This document shows, piece after piece, positions 13,767-45,535 of a stretch of DNA of 64,000 bases. Origin of the DNA: Amoebidium appalachense (lineage: Eukaryota > Protista > Ichthyosporea); assembly GCA_963693365.1 (NCBI GenBank), contig CAVNZM010000004.1, forward strand, positions 3,834,047 to 3,898,046. Reading direction: 5' to 3'. The translations under genes and the position numbers were made by a program. Positions within the stretch are counted from its first letter, which is position 1; each line of letters starts with the position of its first letter. The notes beneath the pieces were generated by a model, which saw only the letters and a program-made list of their open reading frames with translations, was not told the DNA's origin and did not search any database.

Positions 13767-14003
13767 AACTCACTCACTCACTCACTCACTCACTCACTCA
13801 CACTGCAGACGCCAACGATCTCATACTATGCCCGGGCCACTGAGGAGGAGATCACGCCGTGCCTGCTGGACCTGTTTGAGCTGGTCAAGAAGGCCCCCAA
13901 CAGCAGATTCCAGGCATCAAGGCGCAAGTACGGCCAGAAGAGGTTCTACTCAGTTGCAACCATCGCCGACATGCAGGCAAATAACGTTGTGCAATCGGAG
14001 TAG
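8158..14003 (+). CDS. cycB: G2/M cyclin B
   Basis: Exons 8158-8193, 8410-8538, 8864-8967, 9413-9482, 10471-10585, 11347-11453, 11794-11873, 12217-12299, 12620-12738, 13128-13382, 13809-14003(TAG). D-box RAPLQTLGN; [10 protein letters not shown]; cyclin box [74 protein letters not shown]...[12 protein letters not shown]. Confidence 0.95.
10624..11050 (+). repeat. 31-bp minisatellite, ~14 copies, in a cyclin B intron
   Basis: Unit gtacgtgtttaccatacatggtgataaatgc repeated head to tail with few substitutions and no spacers. Confidence 0.95.
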
Positions 14004-15374
14004 TGGATGATTGGGAGATTGGCGGCGATTTGCGAATTTGCGCGCGAGGGTGTGATGTTGGCGGCGGCGGCGGTGGGGTGGTTGGTTGGTTGGAATGTGT
14101 TCGCGCGGTTTTTCCCTGGCTTCTTTTTCTTTTTCTTTCTTTCTTTTTTCGCTTTCTCGTTCGGACAATTGTGAAGGAATGGCACGGCGACTATAATGGC
14201 ATGATGGTTGGGTTTGTGATATATTTGCTACACTAGTGATATAAACTTGGCATGTTGGTGATATACGGTCCATAATGAGAATTTGCGCATTTCTAGTAAG
14301 GCTATGAAATGCAACGTGGAATGGTGTTGATCTGATATCTTGATTACCTCTGGATCGTTTCAGATCGGGTTTTGGTTTTGAACAAGTCACTGATTAAACT
14401 CTCCCATTCTTCCTGCAGGTTATTTTTCTTTTTGATTGTTCATGTTTGTTTTTGTTTCATTGGCTAAAAATCACGTGCACATATCTGCACATGGATTGCG
14501 TTTTTTACACGTATGCCATATGGCATTCTGATCATTCTATAACAATGCTGGAGGTCTGTTTTTTTCCTAAATAAGGCAAGTCACGTGGTGGCTTGGAATG
14601 ATTGCAACAAGGTAACAATAAGAGCTCTGACATACCAGTGGTCTGGTAGGCCAAGATATAAAAATACAGGGCAGATGCCTGATTTCCATAAATGGTCCGT
14701 CAGTTTCCGCTGGCAGTGCTCCCTATGTTTCGTTTTGTCACACGAAGTTCCTTAAAGTTTCTGCTTGCACGTTGTAGGAAGTTATCCTATATGGGTGCAA
14801 TTCTCATTTCAGATATTTTCGAGCGCCAGGCTCCTATCTGCAGTGCCCGTCCCTCCCTTCCCTATACAGCACACACCATCACCAACCACCCAAACCTCTC
14901 CTCCCCTCCCCACCCCCGGGAAAAAAAAAAAAACATGATAAATACTGCAGATAAACACATTATAACACAAAGTAAACACATGTACACACACATACACCGT
15001 AGACCGTGGCTTATTTGCAAAATTCACCAGCGTACAATAATAATGAAAAAAGAATGCACAACGAAGGCTAACGGGATCATCATACAGCATTACATGCACA
15101 TAATCTTTACGCCCCTCCCTCCATTCCTCCTCAGGCTTGGAGCCCACCAAACATGCACGTACACACATGTACACATGCACAATGCAAAAGAATTTATTCA
15201 TGATACTGTACGCTCGCGCGCACATGTACGCCAGTAAACCACGTACCTTTTTTCATGAATCTAGCTGTGCACAATGATATATGTTCGAGCTTACGTTTGT
15301 GGGGAGCTGCCAGCAGTACATTCCCGCACGTTATTTTTGTGATTTATTCCCCATTAAAGCGTATTAATCCCCCC

Positions 15375-15409
<35 letters not shown>

Positions 15410-17396
15410 ACCCCCCCCCCCCAAAGGGGGAAAAAAAAAAAAAAAAGAAGGAAAGAAAAAAGAAAACTCAACACGCACACAGACACACATTCTCGAGAGC
15501 TCCCTTGATTCTGGCATGTGTGTATACATTAAGACTAATCAAAAACAATAACTGAATTACTAATAGGCTAAGCAGCATTGATGCCATAGGTAAATTTCCT
15601 ACAGTAACAGTTACTTCGCTTGCTTAAGCTAATAACATTAATATTCAATATTATTACTAAACGGGTCCAGACATTCTTTGCAACTCGAATTAATCACTAT
15701 CATAGTGCCCGTGCCAGCTCGGAACTGCTGAATTCGAATGGACCAGGTGGTGGTGTTTTGGGGGGGGGGAGGGGGGGATGGGGAGGGGAGGGAGAGGGGG
15801 GGGGGAGGGGGGGGGGAGGGGTTCGTTCCGAATGCCCGAATTGAAAGGGAAGGGCCCGGGTGGGTGGGTGGGTGGGTCACGGGGGGGGGGGGGGAGGGGG
15901 GAGGGGGGGGAAGGGGGTTTTGAAGGCGCAAATCATAGGGTCCGGAGGGGCCCGGGTGGGGGAGGTTGGGGAGAAAGGGGGAAAGGTGGGGGGGGGGGGG
16001 GGGGGGGACTTCCCTCTCTCCCCCCTCCTCCACCCTCCCCCCCCCCCCCCCCCCCCCCACACCCACACACACACAAATTATAACCCCCTCCCCCCCCACT
16101 CATCAAAAAAAAAAAAAAAAACGTGTGCACCAATATTAGGCACCTGGACCCTCCATCCATACTCAAGATATGGCATAGTATGTACACCCAACCACTCACC
16201 CGCCCATATCGATTCACCCGTGACCCACTAGCACACGCTCACCCTCACACCCGCTTCTACACACACGTTCAGGGGGTCCAGCTAATGATTGACGTCAGAA
16301 TGTGTGCGTACATGTCCCAATATTTTTCATTGAACAAACAAAAAAGCGAGGGATATCGCAATCTAAAAAAAAATGTATCAACCAATGATTCGTGTGCAAT
16401 CGCACCGATTAACCAAGTATAGAATTTTTGGCGGGAAGTTTTTGCGCGAGAAAGAGAGGTTTAATAAAACAATAAAAAAGTAGGAATGTGAAGTTGAACC
16501 GTCTGTGTGCCTGTTCAATGCACATTCCTAGACCTTGTGACGTGTGGATGTGTGATAACCATCAAATTTTCAAAAGGGGGTCACGCTTAGCCAGATGCGT
16601 AGGCCATGTACAGCCAACAGCCATTACCAGCTTGTAGGTAGTTGTGCGCATGTAAGCTCGTATGTGTGCAAGTGTGTGTGTGCGCGTGTGTGTGTGCCCA
16701 CGCGTGTGTGGGACGACCGACGCGTATGCACACGTACGCGCATGTGTGTGCTAATGGGGGCGGGGGGGGGGGGAAGGCTGCGAGCACCGGGTTGCCAATG
16801 AGCTACATACTCATCATACGTGCAAATGTGGTTTCTTATTGAATTGGAATCAACACATTGTAGTAATATTTATGTACGTTCATATGTATTTCATAATCAA
16901 CATACAGCCCACGGCAGGTGGTGGTTGGTGAAAAAAACATGCAGCTAGCGTTCGACGACGACACAATATCCTAACGGTCACATGTACAAAAAAACAAAAA
17001 CAAAAAACAAACTTGATGACATCACCTCCATAACACTGGACAAAACTACACGGTTGTGTAAGGATATTGCTGGATGCAGGGTGCATGCAATAAAACACAT
17101 CTAATTTACGTAAATGATTCACCGTAATAGTGCATACCAGTGCTCACATTCATGGTGATAGAATTCGAATTGAGATTGAAACGCAACTGAGGCTACTCTT
17201 GAAGTTCTAACAGAGTTTCGCACAAGTAGTGTAGTTACACCTACGTACAGTATAAACGTACTTTCATGTCACATCGCGCATACAAAACGAATACGTGTCC
17301 CCCCCCCCCCCCCCCCCCCCCCCCCTCCCCGCGCCCTCTCTCCACGGGGGGAGTGTGTCCAATAGCTCAAATCTAACACAATTCAAGTATACAGTG

Positions 17397-22519
<5,123 letters not shown>

Positions 22520-23787
22520 TCTTGCTATTTTTATCCTTTATCGACCCACAAAAATGTCTTTCCTACAAAGCTTTATTGGTTATGCTGTGGGATGGCACTT
22601 GCTAAGGTTCTGCTCCTGGTTTTGCTAATACTAGTTGCTAATACTAGTTACACAGTAGAAGCACTGAGATAGTAGCAAACAAACACAAGTAACATTTGAC
22701 AGGAAAACTAATCCCTGAATAAGGCTGCCGTCGATCACCGTTAAAGAACCAACTCACAGCAGCATGGGCTCGGCTATATCAAAAACACAAAGCTGAGCTG
22801 CTCGCTTGAAGTCGCTGAGTCACAGCTCATCACTCGCATGCTTGCAACACTGAGACTCGGTTGAGTCCATGTTTGCTTATCGTTTCAATCAAGTGTAGAA
22901 TGCTGATTGGTGAGCTACGAGAGCGCGGCAAAGCCAACGCTGAAGACTCAGGCTAGATCGAAACTAGTTTTGATATGAAGTTATGGTGACTAATCTTATG
23001 TAGTATTTCTTACAAGAAAATCAAAATGTTAAGATTCTACTACTACTTGGACCTCTGTATGTCTTTTTATGCGAAATTAAACTATATAGCTTTTAGCCTG
23101 CCAGCGGGCCATTCCAAGGCCATTCCATGTGGCTCTTGCATCGCTCTCAAACCGGTTTCGTCCCAGTTTGGATTGGCCATAGGTAGGCGTGAGATTACCA
23201 TATTTGGTAATTTCAGATTTCAAATTTTTGGCGCTCAGCTGTGGTTTAACGTTTGTCACCTTGTCAGCTGTTCAAACTGTGCGGCTTGGACCTGCTACCT
23301 TCTGAGGTAGCTCTTATTTTTCAAGGGTCCGGGATTGATCGGCTGGTCACGCGCCTCTCCTGCCCTTGAAAAATAGCCAGCGTCGATTCTATCGTACATA
23401 GGCTAGAGGCCACAGTCAGTACGTGCCAGGGCTTGGACTGACCCCAAACAGCCAAAGGGCTGACTGAATTTGAAAAGGCTGACCGGAAAACGCTTAATTA
23501 ACACACACACAGCGACGGCATCGCAGCACAACAAGCGCACATACTGAGTAGCATACACACAAATAGGCTCTAGGTAACACATGTTTTTTATAGGGTCATG
23601 GTGACCCTGGTCTTGCATGATTGTTGTGACTTTTTAGGTGATATAGTAACTGCTAATAAAGCGTGGGAACAGCTGAGCTGTTAGTCCATAGTCCTGCACC
23701 GTTTGCCTTTTGATACAGCCAACACGCATCGACAGGGCTAGTGGACAGATCAAGAGTTGTCAGAGCATGCAGAAGCACATGTGAAGG

Positions 23788-36399
<12,612 letters not shown>

Positions 36400-36656
36400 A
36401 AAGATAACTGTGTGCATGTGATATGTATGAAAGCGTCTGGAACGAAATACTGCTACGAGCCATGTATGCATACATTGTGTGGATCTCGGGTGTGTATGTA
36501 AAAAGAGAGGTACACCCCATATGTATGCTTTTATGTTGTGGTATCGATTTTCAGTTGATCTCCTGATGGTTGAACTTACTTGTGACAGAGGACTTACTTG
36601 TGACAGAGGATTCTGTATCTGTGTACTAGTGACGTGCATGGAAGGAAAGGAAAAAA

Positions 36657-36689
<33 letters not shown>

Positions 36690-37050
36690 GTCCTCGTTAA
36701 CAATACTGGACAGCAATTTAATAATAATTTCCGTGGTCACAGACCGAACGTTGACTGGCATGTGCCTGCTCAGTAGCATACGGCTACTTATATACGTACT
36801 TTTGATTGAGTTCAAAGAATAAATTGAATCAGTGTCGTTTACCTGATATAAAACCTAATACATATGCACACGGCCACTGCCCTTCCAAACTAGATCGACG
36901 GACATACCATGCATCTCCTGCAATCACAACCCAAACTAGAGGCCGAACCACAGGTTTTTCTTCTTTTGTGTATGTGGTCTGCTCTAATAGCTAAATACGG
37001 AATAAAGAGGGTACCGGTTGGGTCGATTCATCATCGGGCATAGGTGTTGT

Positions 37051-37374
37051 CTACAAGATGGTGCAACCACCCTTCTTCTTCTCCGCCTTCCCACCTGCCT
37101 TGCCGTTTGCTGCAGGCTTGCCCCCGGCCGTTGCCTCCTTTGCTGCTGCTGCATCTGCCTTGCGCTTGCGTGATGCCCGCACCTCACGGATAAGCGCAAG
37201 GAAGGCATCTTCTACGTGGAGACCGGTCTTGGCACTGTTTGGGTAGCACATGTACATGTCAGTTTATCGTACGGGATGGAAATAGGTCTTCTTTCTAAAA
37301 TGGTGGTGGTGTTGGTGGTGCATGTGTGTGGTGCATGTGCGTGTTTGTAGAGGGGATGGGGGTTGGGTGGGGGG

Positions 37375-37408
<34 letters not shown>

Positions 37409-38088
37409 ATAATATTACTTCAGCTGTGAGGTTTTATGTTAAATATAGTGTGAGTTCTGTCCATAATAAACGGGGAAAAAAACAAAGAGTTAGCGAGTTT
37501 CACAGCCCAAAAAAGTATCTATTTGTGCATGTGTTTAGGTTGTTTCGAGCCCCCCCGAAGTGAGGTGTGTGTGTATGTGTATGTCGGGGGGGGGGGGGGG
37601 GGGGGGGGGATGCAGCAAACATGACGAATGCGTCGTTACTCAACAACACGGTTCATGCCCGAGAGCGGCTAAGGAAGAGCTGGCTTCGTGAAGCAGGTAA
37701 CTTCGGAACACATAAAGAATTGCTTTCTGCCACCCACCTAGTTTCTACGTGGATCGCGTTGGCGTTCTGTGCAAACTTGTCACCCTCCTCCTTCGAGACT
37801 TCCCTCTCGTCTTTCAAATCACACTTGTTTGCGCAGATGACCATTGGAACCTGCAAGGGAAAAGGCAGAAGGATTTAACATTTACCCCAGCACCACTATT
37901 CCAGCCCCTCTTTCTATTACCAACAAACCTCTGGCAAACCAGGCATGTAACGAGTGGACGTGTTTTATTTTTGTTATTCAGGTATCAGGTATAGAAACAC
38001 AATCATAATTGCAACGCAGGAGAACAATAGCCGGGTTAAGAAACAACCCAAGAATCAGGTTCGTATCGGGAAGGTTAGAATGGCCGGG

Positions 38089-38134
<46 letters not shown>

Positions 38135-38589
38135 GGCTATGGGGATGGGGATGGGGATTGGGGTGGGAGGGGGAGGGCGGGGGCGGGGGGGGGGGGGGGG
38201 GAGGGGGAGGCCCGGTAGGGGACTTTTGTCATGGCAAGTACCTTGTTCTGGTCCTTGACACGGTGGATCTGCGTCTTGAACTGCTCAAGGTCGGCAAGTG
38301 TGTTTGCATCGATGACTGAGTACACCACGATGAAGCCGTCACCACTTGAGATGTGCTTGTCGCCCCATAACCCTCTACAGGACACAAGAATCTATCAGCA
38401 TGGCCGACTACAGTATATGTTGCAGTGGTGGTTTCGAGCACCCTGCATATACTGACCCCCCCCCCCCCCCCTCCTAACACACACACCTCCGGCGCGACAC
38501 ACGGAGCCAGCCCCAGAGAGCTTTTCCCACCATTTTCCTCTCTGGGTCAACTTGTTCGGAAGCAGCAATTACCCGGTGACGGGTAGCAG

Positions 38590-38677
<88 letters not shown>

Positions 38678-39009
38678 ATGAGCAGGGGGGGGGGAGGGGG
38701 GAGGAATGGAGGAGAAGGAGAGAACGAGATCTGGGGGGAAGGGAGAGAAACTTCGAATGTCCCATGTTGCAGTGTTGATAATATTACACCTTGCGTGAGG
38801 AGTCGATTTGTCAACCGGGTGGACGTGACTATACATGTCCAAGCGTGTGTGCAGGTGTATGTTGTGTTTTGAAGGTGAAGTGAGAGGGGGAGCGGGGGAG
38901 GGGGGAGGGGATGGGGGGAGGGGGGAGGACAGGAATGTGTTGGGTTACGTCCTCATTATTTATTTAAAGGACAACAGAAAACGAATTTGCGGGAACTCAG
39001 AAAGAGAAG

Positions 39010-39041
<32 letters not shown>

Positions 39042-40001
39042 AGAGGAGGTGGGGGGGAGGTATATTGATTACTGTTATGATGGCTCGGGGTCCTATTCAA
39101 AGTAAACATGTCATTCAACCCAGACTGGTGGACTCGCAATAGTGGTGTCCAAGAAAAGAGCACAAAAACCTAAAGACAATAACACTAAGGACTAACCCAT
39201 AGGGCAAGTTACATATTCCGATATTTATCTACAACGTACCTGAATTCTTCTTGGCCAGCTGTGTCTGTTATGTCAAGCTCAACGGTGACATCATCCACGA
39301 CGAGCTCCTTTGTGTACGAGTCCTCTGTGGAAGGCAAGCACGGCTTAGAACTTTCATAAGAAAACAAACAAATGGTTGGCAACCCTTCTCATTGAACGGC
39401 CGTTTCTACTTATCCTGCAAAACATATCTATGCCAGGTATCTTTATAACTCAAGACATTTCCTATTTGCCAGGGCTACACTACATATCAGCGTGTTAATT
39501 AGCTTCTTGCAAGCAACCGACAACTATTGAAAAGTGAACACGCAACTACGGGCTCAGGGAAGGTGAACATACCGATGGTGGGGTCGTACTCCTCCATAAA
39601 CCTGCGAGGAAGAAAAAACTGGTCAGCCTGATTGAAAATAAAGAAAACACATTATAGGCTGTAAACATGCATCGATGTTGTGTGCACTGTTTTGGATAAC
39701 GAGCCTTGAAGCCCGATCATATACAGGTGTAAGCGAAAGTTGTGTACGATGGCAGCAGTTATGTCCTTCATAGTTTAATGAGGTTACAAAGCAACCCCGT
39801 TGCCGCCAGAAGCTTATCTAATCCCGAAGCGGTGGTGTATGTGTGTGTGTCGTATTTTTTTTGTACTGTGATAGTGGAAAAGGCAGGGTAGCAAACAGCT
39901 ACGTACTGATTTCTGACGAAGGAGAGAGTGATGGCAGACTTGCCCACACCACCAGGGCCCACCACCACAAAGTGCATCTTCTCGTGATCGTCACCGCCCA
40001 T
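37051..40001 (-). CDS. Ras-subfamily small GTPase with CaaX box
   Basis: Exons 40001-39907, 39601-39573, 39324-39240, 38374-38242, 37850-37738, 37234-37051(TAG). G1 GPGGVGKS, effector YDPTIEDSY, G3 DTAGQEE, G4 NKCD, G5 ETSAK, polybasic tail ending KKKGGCTIL. Confidence 0.95.
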
Positions 40002-41610
40002 CTTGTCCGTCTATTAAGAAAACCTTCCTTTGTATTTTTGGTAAGTTTTCACCTATGATTCATGGAAAGAAACCTTCAAAACGTAAGGATACAAAAGGCT
40101 GGGAAAGTGAGGCTGTGCTGCTGTTGAGTGATAATTGCTGCCACTTTATATGGGGTCCGGCTGCGCAAAGCGATGCAGAGATACAGAGCCGTGATATATG
40201 CTATAATTTTTGTACCTCTGGTTTGAAAACGTTTATAGATTGGGTTTTAAAAATAACCTAGTTTACTGCCGCTGACCACTTTCTCCGGTAGTGTTTGAAG
40301 TTTCGCCGGGTTTGCTCCAATGGCTCGAAAAAAGGGGACCAGCTCTAACTATCGGCGAACAGGTTGCGTGATATGGATTATGAACACTGAGTTGTTTTGG
40401 GCAGCCCGAGGTCTTCAAGTACATAAAGTGTTGATTATTAGTATCTAATAAAAAACTGTGTCTTAGTACGTTTTAAGTATTTTTTCTCCGTAGTAAACGA
40501 GTATAAACGCTCTGAAGAAACAAGACTGACAAAAACTATGTATCTATTGGTCATCTTCGCACCCAATTCTGTTCGTAGACCAATCACGTAGGTCCTATCA
40601 GTTGGTGTTGTCACCGTGAAGCTGCTGCTCTCTGCGCCAGTTAGCGGGGACTTTTGGTCCTGAGAATATGTGAACCCTTTCAAATCATCACGTGGTGCAA
40701 GGGTGGTGTACGCACTTGTCATAGTACATGCACACGTGTTTTTCTTCTTGCTTTCCCTTACTATCCATTTACATAACATGAACTTTTAGTTGACCCAGTA
40801 TGTTTGTTGACAATCCTTCAATTTCGATGACTCGTGCATGGCAGCATCATGCTCGCAATTGCAATCGCAACTCAGTTGCTATTAAAGCCAAGTGACTGAG
40901 TCTAGACGGGCTGCCGTCGAGTTGATTTTGAGTATCAAACAGGGATTCGAAGTACAACGGGAACCATATAGTTTGTATTTCTCTTAGACACTTGCATATT
41001 CTATGGCAAGCTATCAAAAGTAACCTCGAGCTCTGCGCATGCCATGCTGGTAAAACGCAGGTGCATCTTTGCGCAGCAGGAAATTGCAGAAGGCTTTAGA
41101 GGAGTTTATTTGGGTCACTCAGAGATCATGTCCGAGGTAGCCTGAGGTTTGAACAAGGACATCTTACACAACTCTGGTGTACTTGGAATTGTTTTGTAAA
41201 AGACGTATTTGGCAATAGTTGCCTACAAACTATACCAGGTGGAAAATTATCAATATGTATATCATAGTTGTAAAGAACCGCCTTACAGAAATACTGAACC
41301 AAGGTAGACTGACACAAATACTTATCACACTAAGCTTTCACCCAAAACTTGAATGCTGGTTCCTCAACACACCTACACCTTTCTATTTCTATAAGAGATG
41401 AGTTTGAAATTAGATCCGAAATACAAGCTAAGGCGATTTCATAAGGCGATGTGTAAACAAAAACCTTTGACAACAACAAAAAAAAATCATCAATACCGTC
41501 ATTGGCACTGTGTCAAAGTCACACCTACAAAAAAGAGTTGCTCAAAAGAATAATACATTCAGAATTACACAACAGCCACCTTAAGTATGGCATGGCTACC
41601 CTGAAATCCA

Positions 41611-41651
<41 letters not shown>

Positions 41652-41741
41652 CCCCCCCCCCCTCCCTTCCTCCCCACCCCCTCCCTACTCTTCCCCTCCC
41701 CCAAAAGCCCACCTCTATTGAGCATCATGGCTATTCAGAAG

Positions 41742-41775
<34 letters not shown>

Positions 41776-41791
41776 ACAACAACAACAACAA

Positions 41792-41842
<51 letters not shown>

Positions 41843-41910
41843 ACACACACCCCTTCACCTTCTTCGGTGCCCATGATTACGTAACACACGACCCACCCCC
41901 TCCCCTTCTA

Positions 41911-41943
<33 letters not shown>

Positions 41944-42065
41944 CACACACACACACACACACCCGTTCTCATCACCACCACCAGCCTCGACCATGCCATC
42001 ACAGGCGCACACTCTCCCACACCTTTGCCTGTCTCGTCCACATATTAAACACCAACACCGACGAT

Positions 42066-43508
42066 TCAGTCATCTTTTTTCTCTTTGGCGTCTTTCACCT
42101 CACCCTCTTTCCTCCCTTCGACCTTGGCCTCGCCAGCACCCTCAGCCGGCTGTATCGACTTCCCCTCCTCCTTCTCCTCCAGTTTCTGCGGCTGCTCTTT
42201 CGGTTTTGGCGTTGGTTTTTCGAGTCCAAATCGACGACATAGCACATCGGCGTAGATGGCTTGGCGTGCTTTCTTTTCCCTCTCGGATGGGCGGAAGTAT
42301 TTCAGATAGCCGTCCCAAGGCACCGGTATAAGGCCTGCTTGGTCGCATATAGCCTGCTTGACTCGGGCTGCAAACTCCACGGCTGATTCGTTTTCCCTCC
42401 GTGTCTGTATATGTTGTGGGAACATCAGAAAACGGTTGTTGCAAGGCCATAGGATGCACAGGCATAATAAATACGGCGCCCCGGTAGCCCACTGTGTTCC
42501 CACCTTGCCTCCCCCCCCCCCCCCCCCAAAAAAAAAAAAAAAAAAAATCACCCACACATCCCCCAACCCCCCACCCTCCCTACGAAATCAGACAGACAAC
42601 CCCCCCTCCCCCCACCCCCCCCACCCCACCTTTAAAAAAAAAAAAGAAAAAGAAAAAACGGATGTGTGTGTGTGTGTGTGTATGCGCACGCGCGCGTGTG
42701 TGTCTGGTTGGGGAGGGGGGGGGGGTTTGAATGCGTCAAAAAGTACGAAGTACACAAGAACAAACGGATAACACGATGCAGAATGCAAGCCATACATAAA
42801 GAGTATGCATAATAAGCAGAGCCCATCCTCAGGGGGGGCCCACGTCATCCACAGTACCCGAGTTTCGACCTATTCCCCTCGTAAACAAAACCCAACTCAG
42901 ATACTGTTTCACTTGAACATGAGTAGGGGGGGGGGGGGGGGGGGGGGGGGGAGGGGGGACTGTCATCCGTCTCCCTCCGCATGCTATCTGCTTACTCGTC
43001 ACCCATCTTCTACTGGCACTAGCAATCAATACTACCCTCTTCTATAAACTGGCTGTAACTGCTACTTTTTAGCTGGAGAAAACGGGCTGCAGATCATAAA
43101 AGTGCTGGGACGTGAGACATCAATTGCTTATGTTGGTGTATGTGTGCACAGGTTGAAAGGGTATAAATTAACAGTGGTTGTTTAAGGGTGCAGTGGTGTA
43201 ATGTGCGAACCTGCAACCACGTGTGCCTGATTGTAGGGACGTGTGTGTGTGTGTGTATATGTGAATGTGTGTGTGTGTGTGTGTGCACGCGCGCGCGCAT
43301 TAGGGTAGCGCCCGATCTCCTTCTCCCCCTCCCCCCTCCCCCCTCTCGCCTACTCTCCCCCTCCCCTTTCTTTCCTCTCTCCTTGTCCAGATGTCTACTG
43401 GCGGCCTTCCTCTCCCTCTCGCTCTCCTGTGTCTTCACCTCCTCCCCTCTCTCCCAACATCCCCACCCCATGTGTGTGTGCAAACGTGCACACAGGTGTT
43501 TCCGCATT

Positions 43509-43540
<32 letters not shown>

Positions 43541-44099
43541 CATCACCTGAGGCTCCAGAAACCACACGTCAGCCACCACACACCATGACGTCATGAGTCT
43601 AACCACATGCCGAGGGAACGAATAAAGCTTCGAGTTCCAGAATGCGTCGCCAAACAAGCGGTTGTATTTGATTGCAATAGGTACAACCTCAGCATCAAGG
43701 TCAAAGGCACCGCGTTTGAACATGACGGCGTATTCGTTATTGACGCATGTGCCCTCAGGGAACACGAGGAGGGGCGGTTTGGTGGGGTCCTGTGGGTGTA
43801 TAACGGAAGGGTTAAAAAGGCACGCACGCACCGTGATATCTGCATAAATACCACCTTCTTGCATGCTCATTCCCCATAAGCTTTTGTATCCCCCCCCCCC
43901 CCCCCCCCCCCACCACCACCACCACCACCACCCCCATCCCCACCCCCACTACCACACGCTGCCTTTTTTTTTTTGTATTTAGGGTGCTCCATTTACCCTA
44001 TAGGTCCCTTTGTCCCATATCACAATCTTCTGATGGGAATCTTATCGTCTGTCGCCCTACTACGTAACGGGCATCCATAAACGTACAGCTCCCGGCTGA

Positions 44100-44143
<44 letters not shown>

Positions 44144-44360
44144 AAAAAAAAAAAAAAACACCACCACCCACACACCAGCATTCAGACACACAGACCGCAA
44201 CAGCATCATCCCTCAGTATCACTCATCCTCGATTCTACTTAGGCCCCCTCCTCTACCCCTTTGTCCCTCCTCTTCTGACCCTACAACCCCCCTGTGAACA
44301 GAAGCACCCACACACCAACCCTACGTCTCCGTCCCTACCAACTAACCATCCCCCCCCCTC

Positions 44361-44394
<34 letters not shown>

Positions 44395-45155
44395 GCCCCG
44401 ACCCCACCCTCCACCAGCTATTGCACCCAACCCACTCGATATTGCTCACCACACATAATCACACATGCCATCCCCCCTCCCCCTCCCCCTTCTCCCCCTC
44501 CCCCCTGCCCACTCACCTGTCACATCCTGCCTACCCATCAAGCAAAGCATTTCCTCTCCGTATTCACCCAAACCACCACCCCAACACAATTGCCGAAGAC
44601 AAACCAAACACACAACCCACCACGCACCTGAATATGAGCCTTAATCTTCGACGTCATAGTGGTTCTCTCCTTGGCATCCATACGATCAAACCAAAGGTTG
44701 TTCATGCAATCCAGCACGTATTTCTGGAAAAACCCAATGGCCCCGGGCTGTTTCTGGCCCACCAAGCACACCACACAGTAGTTGAGCACAACCACAATGT
44801 CAAGCACGCTGCTGTGGTTGGCAACGTACACCTGTGTGGTTGCACGTACAGGGGTTAGTGTCCTGCTATGTTTTTAGGTTAGTGTTATGTTTTGGGCTGC
44901 TACAAAGCTTCCCTTCCCATTATGCCGCCATTTCCTTCTTCCTCCCCCTCCAACTCCCCGCCCCCCCCCCCCCCCCCCCCCCCCCCGGCCCCCCTCCCGC
45001 TCCCGGGGGCGTACCTAGGAGATTTCTGTGCTGGTGTATGTATCCCTTCCCTGAGTGTGCGTACATGTGGGTTTGGGTGAGTGTGTCTGCGTGTTTATGT
45101 TTCAAATAGCTGGATGATGAGTGAATTTTTATATACGTGTGTGTGAGTGTGCGAG

Positions 45156-45212
<57 letters not shown>

Positions 45213-45498
45213 TTTGTTTTTGTGGTGTTGTGTGTGTGCTTTTTTTTTTTTTTTTTTTTTTTTTGGGGGGGGGGGGGGAGGGGGGGAGGGGGGGGGGGGG
45301 GGGGGGGGGGGGGAAGGCAACGGTACACAGTGTTAGGTGCAAGGTGGCACAGAATGGCAGGCCAAACCCGACCGGGAGGTGAGGGAAGATGTGGAGGTGG
45401 AAGAGAAAGGGGCAGAGAGACAGAGGGAGAGGGGGGTGGGAAAGGGTGAAGTAGAGGGAAAGGAGAGGGAATTGGGGGGAAAGATAGGTGAGGGCGGG

Positions 45499-45535
<37 letters not shown>

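Noticed and set aside
14692-15237. 181-aa ORF downstream of cyclin B
   Set aside because: Low-complexity, spans A runs and CA-rich sequence, no homology recognised.
36574-36611. Two-copy repeat acttacttgtgacagagg between the GH125 and Ras 3' ends
   Set aside because: Simple short tandem duplication with no further pattern.
40438-40779. 113-aa minus-strand ORF between the GPAT and Ras genes
   Set aside because: No recognisable domain or convincing splice structure; lies in the probable Ras upstream region with CCAAT motifs.
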